This document shows, in pieces, positions 1 to 13,171 of a stretch of 64,000 nucleotides of DNA. This stretch comes from the human T2T-CHM13v2.0 reference genome, Homo sapiens. The notes under the pieces were generated by a model. That model did not search any database. It had not been told where the DNA came from and saw only the letters and a list, made by a program, of their open reading frames with translations. Position 1 is the first letter of the stretch. Every line of letters starts with the position of its first letter. The stretch lies in the NCBI RefSeq assembly GCF_009914755.1, contig NC_060945.1. One strand, 5' to 3'. A program made the translations under genes and the position numbers.

Positions 1-327
1 AGTGGGTCAGTAACTGTGCAGGTCACTGTAGAAAATGTTGACTTCAACTTCCTCTTTAAAATCCTTCTGGAATCTGTATTTAAAAATGAAACAACACTAT
101 CCTAAACATTTTATGTGGATAGAAATTTGTTTTCTTCCCCAGATATGTTTGATTTGTGTCTTAAGTTTTAATCCTTTAGATATTTTGGTACCATAAACAG
201 GAATGCAGTTAGTACAGTGTATTTTGTAGACAATAGAAAACAGCAAGTATATTTTTCAACCCTAAGAAACTGTACTGTAAAGTTTGGTGGGACTTCTGTA
301 TCCACCACATTTAAATAAACTTAATAA

Positions 328-670
<343 letters not shown>

Positions 671-686
671 ACATATATAGTTCTAA

Positions 687-755
687 ACACACACACAGAG
701 ACACACACAGACACACACACACACACACAGAGACACGCAGACACACACACACACA
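687..755. repeat. Interrupted (CA)n microsatellite
   Basis: CA runs interrupted by GA. Confidence 0.9.
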
Positions 756-876
756 GATGCAGTCATAGTGCACTACAGCTTCAGACTCCTGGACTCAAGT
801 TAACACACTGTTTTCTCATGGTGCCTTCTTTTCACTGCCCATCCCCCTTTGCAAAATGTTCAGCAATATACTCTCA

Positions 877-1244
<368 letters not shown>

Positions 1245-1669
1245 TCATAAAATTACCTCAAATATCAAAACCTGTAATACAGTAGGCTTTGGGCATTCAG
1301 AAGGAATCCTGAGACCTCTATAAAATCTTAAATTCACAAAGCATGTAATTTTCTCCCTAAAATATGGACAAGACATAACAAAGTGCCACAAAATCAGGTC
1401 AAGATGTAGAAGCTTGGCAGATTGTGTGCATAGGCCTTGAGTTAATTCCCAGAAGCTCTTACAAGAGTATCACAATTTCTCAAATTAGTGTCTTAGTAAA
1501 ATTAAAATGAGATTCTAGGGTCTTTAATCACTAATTATGAAGAATGTTATATGTCTGACCTATAGACGTTTTAGGAATTTGAATTTTATACAATTTTTGC
1601 TAATAGATCCCTCCATTCTTTTCGAGTAAAGCCCACTATCTTCATCCGAAAAAAAAAGAAAGATTTTCT

Positions 1670-2685
1670 CAGAAAACCCTTGTGTATTGTTGGTAGGAAT
1701 GTAAATTGGTACAGCCATAATGGAAAGAAGTATGGAGGTTTCTCGAAAAATTAAAAATAGAGGGCCGGGCGCAGTGGCTCATGCCTGTAATCCCCAAACT
1801 CTGGGTGGCCAAGGTGGGGGAATCACTTGAGCCCAGGAGTTCAAGACCCACCTGGCCAACATGGTGAAACCCCATCTCTATTAAAAATACAAAAATTGGC
1901 TGGGCATGGTGGTGTTTGTCTGTAATCCCAGCTACTTGGGAGGCTGAGGCATGAAAATCACTTGAACCCAGGAGGCGGGGGTTGTAGTGAGCCAAGATCA
2001 CGCCAGGGTACTCCAGCCAGGGCGAGGGCAAAACTCCATCTCAAAATAAGAAATTAATTTTTTTAATTAAAAATAGAACTACTATATGACCCAGCAATCC
2101 TTCTTCTGGGCATATACCAAAAGGAAATGAAATCGGTACTTCATAAAGATATCTGCACTCCAATGTTCATTGCAGCCAAGATATAGAAACAACGTATCTG
2201 TATATGAATGGCCAGAGAAAGATATCATGATACATATACATATGCACATCATGTAATGGAATATTATTCATCCTTTAAACAAAAGAAGGTGATCCTACCA
2301 TTTGAGACAACATAGATAACCTGGAGAACATTATGCTATGTGAAATAAACCAGGCACATACAAAAAATACTGTGTGATCTCTCTCATGTGGAATCTAAAA
2401 ATATGTTCAATAAACAGATGTAGAGAGTAGGAACAGCAGTTACCAGAGACAAAGTGGGTTGGAGATAAGAAGATACAGGACAAAGGGTATAAAATTGCAA
2501 TTACTTAGGATAACTGTATTTAGGATCTAATATACAGCATGAGGACTCTACCTGGTAATAGTGTATGCCACAAAAAAGTTAACAACATGAGATGAACGAT
2601 ATGTTAATTGTCTTGACAGTAGTAGTTTTAACTATGCATATGTATATCAAAACACTATGTTACACACTTTAATATATAAAATTTG
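1670..2685 (+). mobile_element. Old L1 (L1MA/MB-type) 3' fragment interrupted by an Alu at ~1763-2064
   Basis: L1 ORF2-end/3'UTR motifs (GGAATGTAAATTGGTACAGCC, GACCCAGCAATCC); Alu flanked by AATTAAAAATAGA at 1749-1761 and 2065-2077. Confidence 0.85.
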
Positions 2686-3038
2686 CAGGACAAAAAAGTC
2701 CTGCAAATGTTCCTCATGCTCTTTCTACTTCTAGTTCACAGGTTCCAGGATAACCAGATGACTGAGGAATGTTGAAGATTGCAGTGATGGAAGTGCCTCA
2801 GTCAGCCTGGAAGACTGTATGGATGGAGGTTGCCTGGTCACACTGTCATGTCCCTCTCTCCCTGAAAAAGAGACACATTTGCCTTTGTGCAAGGCAATAC
2901 ATACATTTGATCTATGTATACACTTTGGTCTATGCATTCTGTTATTTAACATTCTAATAATGTTGATGACCTTAAAATATGCTTGACAATGATCCTTGTA
3001 AATCATTATTATTCTGCCTTCTGCAAGATAAGAATTAT

Positions 3039-3245
3039 GGGCCAGGTATGGCACTTAACGCCTATAATACAAACATTTTGGAAGGCCAAGGCAGGAGGAT
3101 TGCTTGAGCTCAGGAGTTAGAGACCAGCTGGGGCAACATAGTGAGACCTCATCTCTACTAAAAATAAAACAAAAAAAGTTATGAGAGTGACACTGCACTC
3201 CAGCTTGGGTGACAGAGCGAGATCCTGTATCCAAATAAATAAATA
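3039..3245 (+). mobile_element. Internally deleted old Alu (AluJ-like)
   Basis: Left monomer followed directly by the 3' end of the right monomer. Confidence 0.75.
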
Positions 3246-4017
3246 TCTAATATAGGAATTATCAAATTCAACACATATTAATTATTTTCATATCCATTAA
3301 TGGAAAATAATAATGTGGGGATGATTCTTAAAAGGGATTCTGGAAGTGGCTTCTTCAATTAAATATATTCAAAACTCATTCCCGCTTACTACACAAGTCA
3401 AAGAGGAATTGAAAATGTGTGTGATTCCCACTAAATTATTTTCCTTTCATATGGCTTGATGTTACTGTCTTTGTGGAGTGGCTGAGAAATGTCTCCTTCT
3501 TGCCTTTATCTTCAAAGCCTCTGCCAATGTGAAGTACAGGAGAGAGAGGCAAGAGCAGGGCCCACTAGTGGATTCAGCTCAGCCTTATTCCCCAGGGGAA
3601 AACACATTCTTTTTCACTTTCCTGAGCTGCCTTATCTGATAAAAATGATTCTTACATCTCCCAGCAATGCCTTCTGATTGTAATGTAGTTTATGCCACTG
3701 GTTTGCCTATTTCTCAAATATAAACCTACACACACGTACACACATTTGGCCTTAGCCTTTCTAATTCCACTCTCATCAGGACAGATTGCACACCTGTAAA
3801 CATTCTTAGATCAACTCCAGTAATCAATCCACATTCATGTAACCCCTGCAGAATAAAGATCATTGGAGACCCTCAAGATTGACTTCCCATTTAAACCGTA
3901 AGAAAACAAGACCCCAATGTGTCAGCTGCAGAACCACAATAAGGACCCGAGTCCCATGTCTTATTGTTCAGTGGTTTTTCTAAGTTTCAAGTCTTCTTCT
4001 CAGTAATGGTAAATACT

Positions 4018-4055
4018 CTCTACGGCCATATCATCCTGAACATGCACAATCTCAT
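4018..4055 (+). pseudogene. 3'-truncated 5S rRNA retro-fragment (first ~38 nt)
   Basis: CTCTACGGCCATATCATCCTGAACATGCACAATCTCAT matches the 5S 5' end GTCTACGGCCATACCACCCTGAACGCGCCCGATCTCGT; flanking direct repeats ATGG(T/C)AAATACT at 4006-4017 and 4061-4072. Confidence 0.85.
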
Positions 4056-4974
4056 TAACGATGGCAAATACTTTCTTCCAGATGCTGATGTGGAAAACCT
4101 AATGTTCATCCTTGATTAATATTTTTCTCTTACATCACATATCTCACCCACCCCTGTACCACCTGTTTCAAGCCATCATCACTTTACACCTGCATTATTG
4201 CAATATCCTCCTAAGAAGCTGCTCTTTTTTTTCACCACCTCCAACATCAGCTCTTAACACAGCAGCCAAAATGACCATTTTAAAATAAAAGTTAGATCAT
4301 CTCTCTCTCTCAGTATAAACCCTCTTTCTCAGAGTAAAAGCCAGGTCTAACAATGACACCTCATAATTGTCCATCTTATCTCCTGACCTCATTTCTTACC
4401 TCTCTCCTTCTCTATCTCTTTTCCTTATACCCTGGAATCCTTGAACTTGATCCAGACTCAGGACCTCTGCCTGGAACATTCTACTCTCTGATAGCTCTAG
4501 AACTAGAATATAAGGTAAATAACACTTGCTGATTTGAAAAATATACTACAAACCTAAGTGGTTTAATACAATGTCTTTTTTTTTTTGGCTAATATTACAG
4601 TCCAGTGAGAATATGACAGCACCTCTGGTTAGCTCTCTTCTAAGCAGAGATTACGTCCTTGATTTTGGTCCCAAAGAGAGAAAGAAAAAGCAAGGAGAAG
4701 AGTACAGTGAGTTTTAAGAGTCTGACCTGTAAATGGCCTATATTTTTCCTTCCCACATTTCAACAACTACTGCTCAGTCTCATGACTAATCTATCTGCAA
4801 AGAGATAAATTCAGAAGCACAAAGCTAGCCTAAATATTAGAATGCCCCCCTCTAGATCTCTGCCACATTAGTCCCCTGCTTTCCTTAGGAAGACAAGGAA
4901 AACTTTTTCTGGCTACCCTGCTTAAAAGAGCAGCACTTCCTAAATTAAACGTTGCTCAGTGATCTCCAATCCTG

Positions 4975-5364
<390 letters not shown>

Positions 5365-5782
5365 TAGACAAGAAAATGCATATAAACTGAGTGGAATTGA
5401 TCAAACCTTGTCATCCTGCTTCCTTAAAATGCCTGTGTGCTGTTCTCTACACCCTTTCTTCAACCACCAACTGAACACAGGGTTCTAGAGTTCTCAGGAG
5501 GGCAGATACAAGAGAGCAGGAGGGTGGGTTCCTGAATGACCACATGGAAGGCTTCCCACTAATAAGAAATCTTAGTATTGGACTTCACATAAACACTGAG
5601 AAAATGGCTCTTTGGGAAGCCACTAAAATTTTTTGATTTATCTATTATAGCAGTTAGTTATAGCCTTCCCATTTCAATGTCCTATTTCTCTGAATGTGCT
5701 TTATTTAAAACCACATCACTTATCACCATCTGACATATTCTGTATTTGCCTGTCACTTTTTCTCCTGTATCTTCTGTCCAGA

Positions 5783-6010
5783 GAAAGTGTTGGCCAACTA
5801 TAACCCAAGAGCCAAATCTAGCTTGCTTCCTGTTTTCATATGTAATTATTTTTTGGAATATAGCCACAGCTATTAATTTCTGTATTCAGAGAGGAGGAGC
5901 TGTGTCTATGCTACAACAGGAGAGTTCAGTAGTTGCAACAGAGAAACTGTATGATCTACAAACAATATTTACTATCTGGCCCTTTACAGAAACAGTTTGC
6001 CAATGTTTGT
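5783..6010. mobile_element. MER58-type hAT DNA transposon relic
   Basis: TTGGCCAACTA...GCCAAATC start and ATATTTACTATCTGGCCCTTTACAGAAA end motifs. Confidence 0.7.
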
Positions 6011-6150
6011 ACTAGAATGTAAACTCCAAGAATGTAAAACCTTTGTCTCTTTAGTTTGCTGTTATATACCCAGCATTAGAACAGTCTCTGGTCCATTGCA
6101 GGTATTCATATAATATTTGTTAAATGCATAAATGAATAAGTGAATGAGTG

Positions 6151-6635
6151 TGCAGTAGGCCAAAAATGTTCCAGAAAAAAAATTCATATCTAAATTTCTT
6201 GAACCTCTGAATATTACCTTACATGAAAAATCAGACAAACAAAAATCAATCATTGCATGTGATTAAGTTAAAGATCTTGACCTAAAAGATTATCCAGTAT
6301 TAGCCAGATGGACTCGAAATACAATCACATGTATCTGTATAAGAGGGAAGCAGAAAGAAATTTGACCACACAGACAGAAAAGGAGAGGGGATGTGATCAC
6401 ACAGGCAGAGGTTAGACTGATGTACCACAAGCCAATGAATGTTGGTGGCCACTAGAAATATTATCTAAAGGATTAGGAATTATCTGTTTAGAACTTTCCT
6501 GATGGCCACACCCTCTAAACCCCCTGATACTGATTTCAGATTTATGACATCCACAACTGTAAAAGAATAAATTTCTCCTGTTTAAGCCACCAAGTTTCCA
6601 GTAATTTGTTACAGAGGCAGCAGGAAACCAATACA
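6151..6635 (+). mobile_element. MLT1 (ERVL-MaLR) solo LTR
   Basis: TG...CA ends; AATAAATTTC...TTTAAGCCAC...TTTGTTACAG...GGAAACCAATACA terminus. Confidence 0.75.
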
Positions 6636-9600
6636 GAGGGGAAAGTGACTTAAAACTACTTCTAATTCCAAGATAATGCTCAAAATGCTCATGCAAAAAC
6701 TACTTCTTGTGTCAACATTCAGTCTATATAAGTGCTCTTGAAATTAATTATCACTATAATTCAGTCTCATGAGGAAAAATATTTTGGCTTTTTTTGTGAA
6801 CCAAAAATTTATAGCAATTCATAAGTTATAGTTTATGGATGAAATTAAACATATTTGAGATTATTTTTATATTAGCACTTTATAAATCAGTTGCTGAAAT
6901 AGTCTGTTTTGAAATATTAGATATAACTGCCAGGAATAATTCTGATATTTTCTTTAACATATTTTAGTCATTTCTTGAATTGCATTGTTTTATGATCATA
7001 AATTCTCAAACTAATAAAATTAATTGCTGTTGAAAAATAAGAATTGTGAATGTCTTCTGGGTGAAGGCTGAGCATGTAAAAAGTTTTTTTTTTTCCTTAA
7101 TAAAATGAGACTCAGGGGAGGAAGTTCCCTTCTTCTCCTTCAGAGAATGTGGTCATGATCATTTCTCCCTGCAAAGATCTGGAAAGGCTGCAGCCGTTTT
7201 GGAAATATGGACTTACACTTGGCTGATAGGCTGAGTCTGGGAGAGTGCAAAGATGAAAAAACACCTAGCACATGGATCGTGTCACTGAGCTACTGAATCA
7301 ATCATGGAACCACGCTCCATCTGTACTTTGTGTTCTCTCATAGAATAAATATTCACTTTGGGTTGTGTATCCGTTACTTGAAGCTAAAAATCTCCCCATG
7401 TAGGCAATGATCACTACAATGGGTTACTTACGTTTCTGAGTAATGTATTCATTTAATGAAAAAAAGATAGAGCAAAGTCCTCAATCATATTTATCAATTA
7501 ACAAGGGTCTGACTAAATCTACTTGAGGTTCCAGGGAAATAACATGGGAACCAAGATATTTAATTGTCCATCTGCCATTTGAGGATTTTTTTCCCCCACA
7601 TAAGGAATCAATTTGTGTAGCCATGATGGTGACTTCAGCTGATGCCACTATTGAGCACTGGCTGTACTGTTTAAATGATATACTAAAATGGACAAATGGG
7701 CAGAAGCTTCTTCACACAGAGCAAATCTATCTCTGGTTTGCATGGTAACTTTCATGCCTGTAGTAGAATAAACTTCAATATATCCTTTTTATAAAATTGC
7801 TCTGAAAATGGAAGACATCTTAAAATGTTGGCATGCACTCAATAAGGTGGTATTCTCTCCAAATTTAATATAAAATTAATGTTTTAAAATTGACAACATC
7901 TTTTAATCTACAAAATACATGTGCCCCACTCCAGACCTACTGCCACATTGACCCTATACCTACTAATCTAACAAATAGTGAGCTTGTTTGGATTTTGCCA
8001 AAAGCAAATATTTAAACATGAGAACAGTTAATATTCCCAATTGCTGCTTCATATAAAACTAAGCTAGCATTAATTTTATCTCCCTGTCTTGTTCCTTGTG
8101 CACTGTTCTGGCTCTGTAGGAATACTAGACTTTGCATGAGAAAACTAAGGATTCAACTGAAGATCATTTATTAAGTTGGTGATTTATTTAAGTACATTTA
8201 TTGTCATTGTTTTGCAACACATAATACAATTTCCAAAATAACTAGGAATTGTTTTCTTCTATTTTATATTGTTTTTTGAATTTCCTCTATGAAGGAATCA
8301 TTTAACCTTCCAGTTTATGCACTATATTTTTTACCTCATTTTGCAACAGAAATGTTTTGAAAGTTGTAGTCTGAAACCCAGAATTCAGTCTTAGCTCCAC
8401 AACTTAGTAGTTACTTAGCTCTTCCAATCTGTGCATTTGCATATGTTTGGGGATAACCGTAATTAAGATACCTTACCTTAAGTGGTAAGATTTGGGGATT
8501 AAATGACAAAATCAGAAAAGTCTTTGTTTGTGTTTACGTTCTGTATACAGATGTTCCTAGGTTTTGTTACAATTGTAATAAAAATAACAAAATCAATGTG
8601 GTGATAATAATGTCTTATGTATAGCAAGAAACTGAGTAATTAAATTTTGTCTTCTAATATCCAAACAATGACCAAATTGGGTGTGCCCCAAATTTTTTAT
8701 TGAGACTGAATAGACAATGTAATAATATTAAGAGATGGGGTATTTAGAAGGTGATGAAGGGATTCGGGCCCTTATAAATGGGTTTGAGGGTGTGGGTTTG
8801 TTCCCTTCTGTACCTTCTACATGTGAGGACATGGTGTTCCTTCCCTTCTGAGGAAGCAGCAACAAGGCTACATTCAGTTCTTTTACAATGGTTTCTTCTT
8901 TTATCTCTTACATAGTTTCATTCTAAGACAGAATAAGGAATGACATATTCTGTGAGTTTTTGCATGATTAAGTATGCCAGTACTGCCATTTTGTACTTGG
9001 ATAACAACTTGCCTGGTTATAATATTCTTGAGACACACTTGTTCCCTTAGAATTTTGTAAATATTGTTCTATTATCTTCTGGCACTTTATTTTTCCATGG
9101 AGGCATTTGTGCCCAGCCAGATTTATCCCCTTTGTAAGCTCTTGGATACCTGATGAATTCTTTCTTTATCCTTGAAATTCAATCACTTTACCAGAGTGTC
9201 ATAAAATTGGTTCTTCTAATGAATTTCTTGAGAACAGTGTACCTCTTTAAGTCTATGAGTATTATTTTACATTTTAGAAATATTTTCTTCTATTACATAA
9301 TTATTCTTTTTAATTTCACTTGTTGGGCTTTTTTGCTGGTGAATCATTTACCTTTATTTTGGATCCACATTTCCTGTATACCATTAACGTTAACTTCTTT
9401 CTGATTACTTTTTTTTACCCCTTTATTTCACTGAGACTACTTCATGGCTTTTTCTGTTACTAATTTTGTCATCCACACTGTCTAATCTGTTTTCTATGGT
9501 TTCCATTTAATTATCTCTGTAATGTTGTCATTTTGGTTCTCTGCTCAATTAACTTTACAATTGTCTGTTGAGTTTATTCACATTGCTTATATATTTGATG

Positions 9601-9769
9601 TCTTTTTAAATTAAAGATTACATTCTCTTTCATTTTTCTTTTGTGAAAATGTTCTTCTGTTTTTTTCTCAGTTTTGTAAGAATAACTTAGGCTCTTTTTG
9701 TGCTTTACATCTGTCTTCATTTTTAATGTAGTATTTTGCATGCTTGCATGACTTGCATGCTAGCATGAC

Positions 9770-9995
9770 AACCAAAGAAAAATTACCAATATTAGAAATG
9801 AAAGTTGGAACATCACTAACTAGTCTATAGACATTAAAAGCACATTAAAGGGATAATATTAATAACTCTATGATAAAAAATATTATAACTTAGATAAAAT
9901 AAAACAATTTCTCAAAATACACAAGCTTCTGAAATGCAAACAAGAGTCATTAGATCATCTAAATAGGTCTATATCTATTAAGTACATTGAATCAA
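9770..9995 (+). mobile_element. Old L1 ORF2 fragment, left part of the host of the nested LTR complex
   Basis: L1 ORF2-like sequence ending ...ATTGAATCAA, resuming collinearly at 21294. Confidence 0.75.
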
Positions 9996-11799
9996 TTTAT
10001 TAGTCACAATACACTAGAGAAACAGAATCAAAACAAAAATCAAAAGAATAATCCACCTATCTATCTGATGGTTTGGCTCTGTGTCCCTACCCAAATCTCA
10101 CCTTGAATTGTAATAATCTCCCTATGTCAAGGGTGGGACCAGGTAGAGGTATTTGGATCATGGGGGCTATTTCCCCCATGCTGTTCTCATGAAAATCAGT
10201 GAGTCTCACAAGGTCTATAAAGGTTTATAAACACCTGGTATTTCCCTTGCTTGAACTCATTTTTCTCTCCCACCACCCTGCAAAGAGGTGTCTTCCTCCA
10301 TGATTGTAAGTTTCCTGAGACCTCCAAGCCATGCAGAACTGTGAGTCAATTAAACCTCTTTTCTTTATAAGTCATCCAGCCTCAGGTATTTCTTCACAGG
10401 AGCATGAGAACAAACTAATGTAGTAAGTTGGTATCAGGAGTGGGGTGCTTCTGTAAAGATAAGCAAAAAAGTGGAAGCAACTTTGGAACTAGGTAACAGG
10501 CAGAGGTTGGAACAGTTTAGAGGGCTCAGAAAAACACAGGAAACTATGGTAAAGTTTGAGACTTCTTAGGGACTTGAAGGGTTCATAAGACAGAAAGATG
10601 TGGGAAAGTTTCAAACTTCCTATAGACTTGGTGAATGGCTTTTATCAAAATGCTGTTAGTGATTTGGACAATGAAGTCCAGGCTGAGGTGGTCTCAGATG
10701 GAGATGAGGAACTTCTTGGGAACTGTAGTAAAGGTCACTCTTGCTATGCTTAACAAAGAGATTGGTGGAATTTTGCCCCTGCCCTAGAGATCTGTGGAGC
10801 TTTGAATTTGAGAAAGATGATTTAGGGTATCTGGCAGAAGAAATTTCCTAGGGGCTAAACATTCAAGAAGAAGCAGAGAACAAAAGCTTGGAAAGTTTGC
10901 AGCCTGGTAATGTGATAGGAAAAAAAATATATATATATATATTTTCTGGGGATAAATTCAAGCCTGTTGCAGAAATTTACATAAGTAACAAGGAGCTGAA
11001 TGTTAATCACCAATACAATGTGGAAAATGTCTCCAGGTCATGTCAGAGACCTTCATGGTAGCCCCCACCATCACAGGCTTGGAGGCCTAAGAGAGAAAAA
11101 GAATTGTTTTATGGGCCATCAGGGCCCTCTTGCTGTGTGCAGCCTAGGGTCTTGGTACCCTGTATCCCAGCTGCTTCAGCCACGGCTAAAAGGAGCCAAG
11201 GTACAGCTCAGGCCATGATTTCAAAGCATGCAAGCCCCAAGTCTTTGTCAGCTTCTATGTGTGTTGACCCTGTGGATGCCCAGAAGTCAAGAACTGAGGT
11301 TTGGGAACCTTTGCCTAGATTTCAGAGGATGTATGGAAACACCTGGATGTCCAGGCAGAAGTTTGCTGCAGGGATGGGGCCCTCATGGAGAACCTCTGCT
11401 AGGGCAGTATGGAAGGGAATTGTGGGGTCAGAGTTCTCACACAGAGTCCTCACCAGGGCACTGCCTAATGGAGATGTGAGAAGAGGGCCACCATCTTCCA
11501 GACCCCAGAATGGTAGATATACCTTCAGCTTTCACTGTATGCCTGGAAAAGAGACAGACACTTAATGCCAGCCTGTGATAGAGACAGGGAAGGGGGATGT
11601 ACCCTGCAAAGGCAGTGGGGCAAAGCTGCCCAAGGTCATGGGCACCCACCTCTGGCATTAGCATGACCTGGATGTGAGACATGGAGTCAAAGGAGATAAT
11701 TTTGGAAATTTAAGGTTTAATGTCTGCCCTATTAGATTTCAGACTTGCATAGAGCCTGTATGTATTAGTCAGGGTTCTCCAGAGGAATAGAACTAATAG

Positions 11800-11802
<3 letters not shown>

Positions 11803-11866
<64 letters not shown>
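11803..11866. repeat. (AT)32 microsatellite inside the HERV-L 3' LTR
   Basis: Perfect alternating AT run. Confidence 0.95.
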
Positions 11867-11869
<3 letters not shown>

Positions 11870-12682
11870 TAAGCCAGTCCAAGTCTCAAAGCTAAAGAAC
11901 TTGGAGTCTGATGTTCAAAGGAAGGAAGCATCCAGAACAGGAGAAAGATGTAGGTTGGAGGCTAAGCCCATCTAGACTTTTCATGTTTTTCTGCCTGTTT
12001 CATATCCTGACCACACGGGCAGCTGACTAGATGGTGCCCACCCAGATTAAGGGTGGGTCTGCCTTTCCCAGCCCACTGACTCAAATGTTAATCTCCTTTG
12101 GCAACACCCTCACAAACATACCCAGGATCAATACTTTGCATCCTTCAATCCAATCAAGTTGACACTCAGTATTAACCATCACAAGTCCACCTTTGTCAAC
12201 TTGAACCCATCCACATCACCTGAGATCAAACATAATCTTCAAATAAAGACAATAATAAGATCATAATTACACCTAACATAATACAACTATCATTGGTACA
12301 ACCAGAACTACATCAATTCCCAACCCAAATGCTATTACATAAAGTTAACAATACTTAAATGCTAGCATGAAGTCAATAAATCCTATGTAACCTGATAAAG
12401 GAAAAAAGGAATAAAATGGAGATATTTTCTTAGTACAAGTGCACACATGCACAAATAGTTTTTAACAAAAGGAGGAAATACTTATAACAATTACAGTCCT
12501 TGTTTCTGCAACTGGTCACGTGGTCATAGCCGGTATTGATGACTACCTTCTACTACCCATTCTGTATTCCCTTTGCCTTCAGCAAGCACCTCAGCAGGTT
12601 GTGGGTTTTTTCCTGGTGGAGTGACATAAAACTCCATTCCTGAAGGGTCTGGGCCATTTGTAGTCCTGCCTGGGTTGGGCTT

Positions 12683-13150
12683 TTACAGTTTCTCATTGAC
12701 CTTAATCACAGAGCATGGTAATACTAAGAGATGCCCTAATGGATCTCCTGTATTCCATGCATACTCTTCTTTACCTCTGTTGTAAAGTAGTAGGTAGATT
12801 TCATCTTGATAGTCCAGTTCAGTCACCCCAGCCAACACTGTAACTCCCTTCTTACCCTCTTGGCTGAAAGGTAGGAGGAGCCCAAAGTGTCCAAGTGGCA
12901 TTCTTAACTTACAATTTAATGAAATCATTGTTGTGTCTCCTGGTAGCAGCATTCGTCCCTCTGAAATTAAGAGATCTAGGCCAGCAGAATGTAATGTCAT
13001 GGTAACAGGAAGCAAAAAATTTGCTAGTGGACCACTAGGGGTGATGGCAAGTGATGCCACTTCCACATCCACCCCTTGATTCCTGGACCCATGAATTCTG
13101 GCTATGAGAGAAATAGTACCATATGTTGGATGCTGATTCAGAGCATACAC
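12683..13150 (-). pseudogene. HERV-L dUTPase remnant
   Basis: SAGLDL...LPGDTTMI...GHFGLLLP...GVTVLAGV..LDYQDEI; dUTPase downstream of integrase is diagnostic of ERV-L. Confidence 0.85.
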
Positions 13151-13171
13151 AGCCTTCTGGAGAACTTTGCC

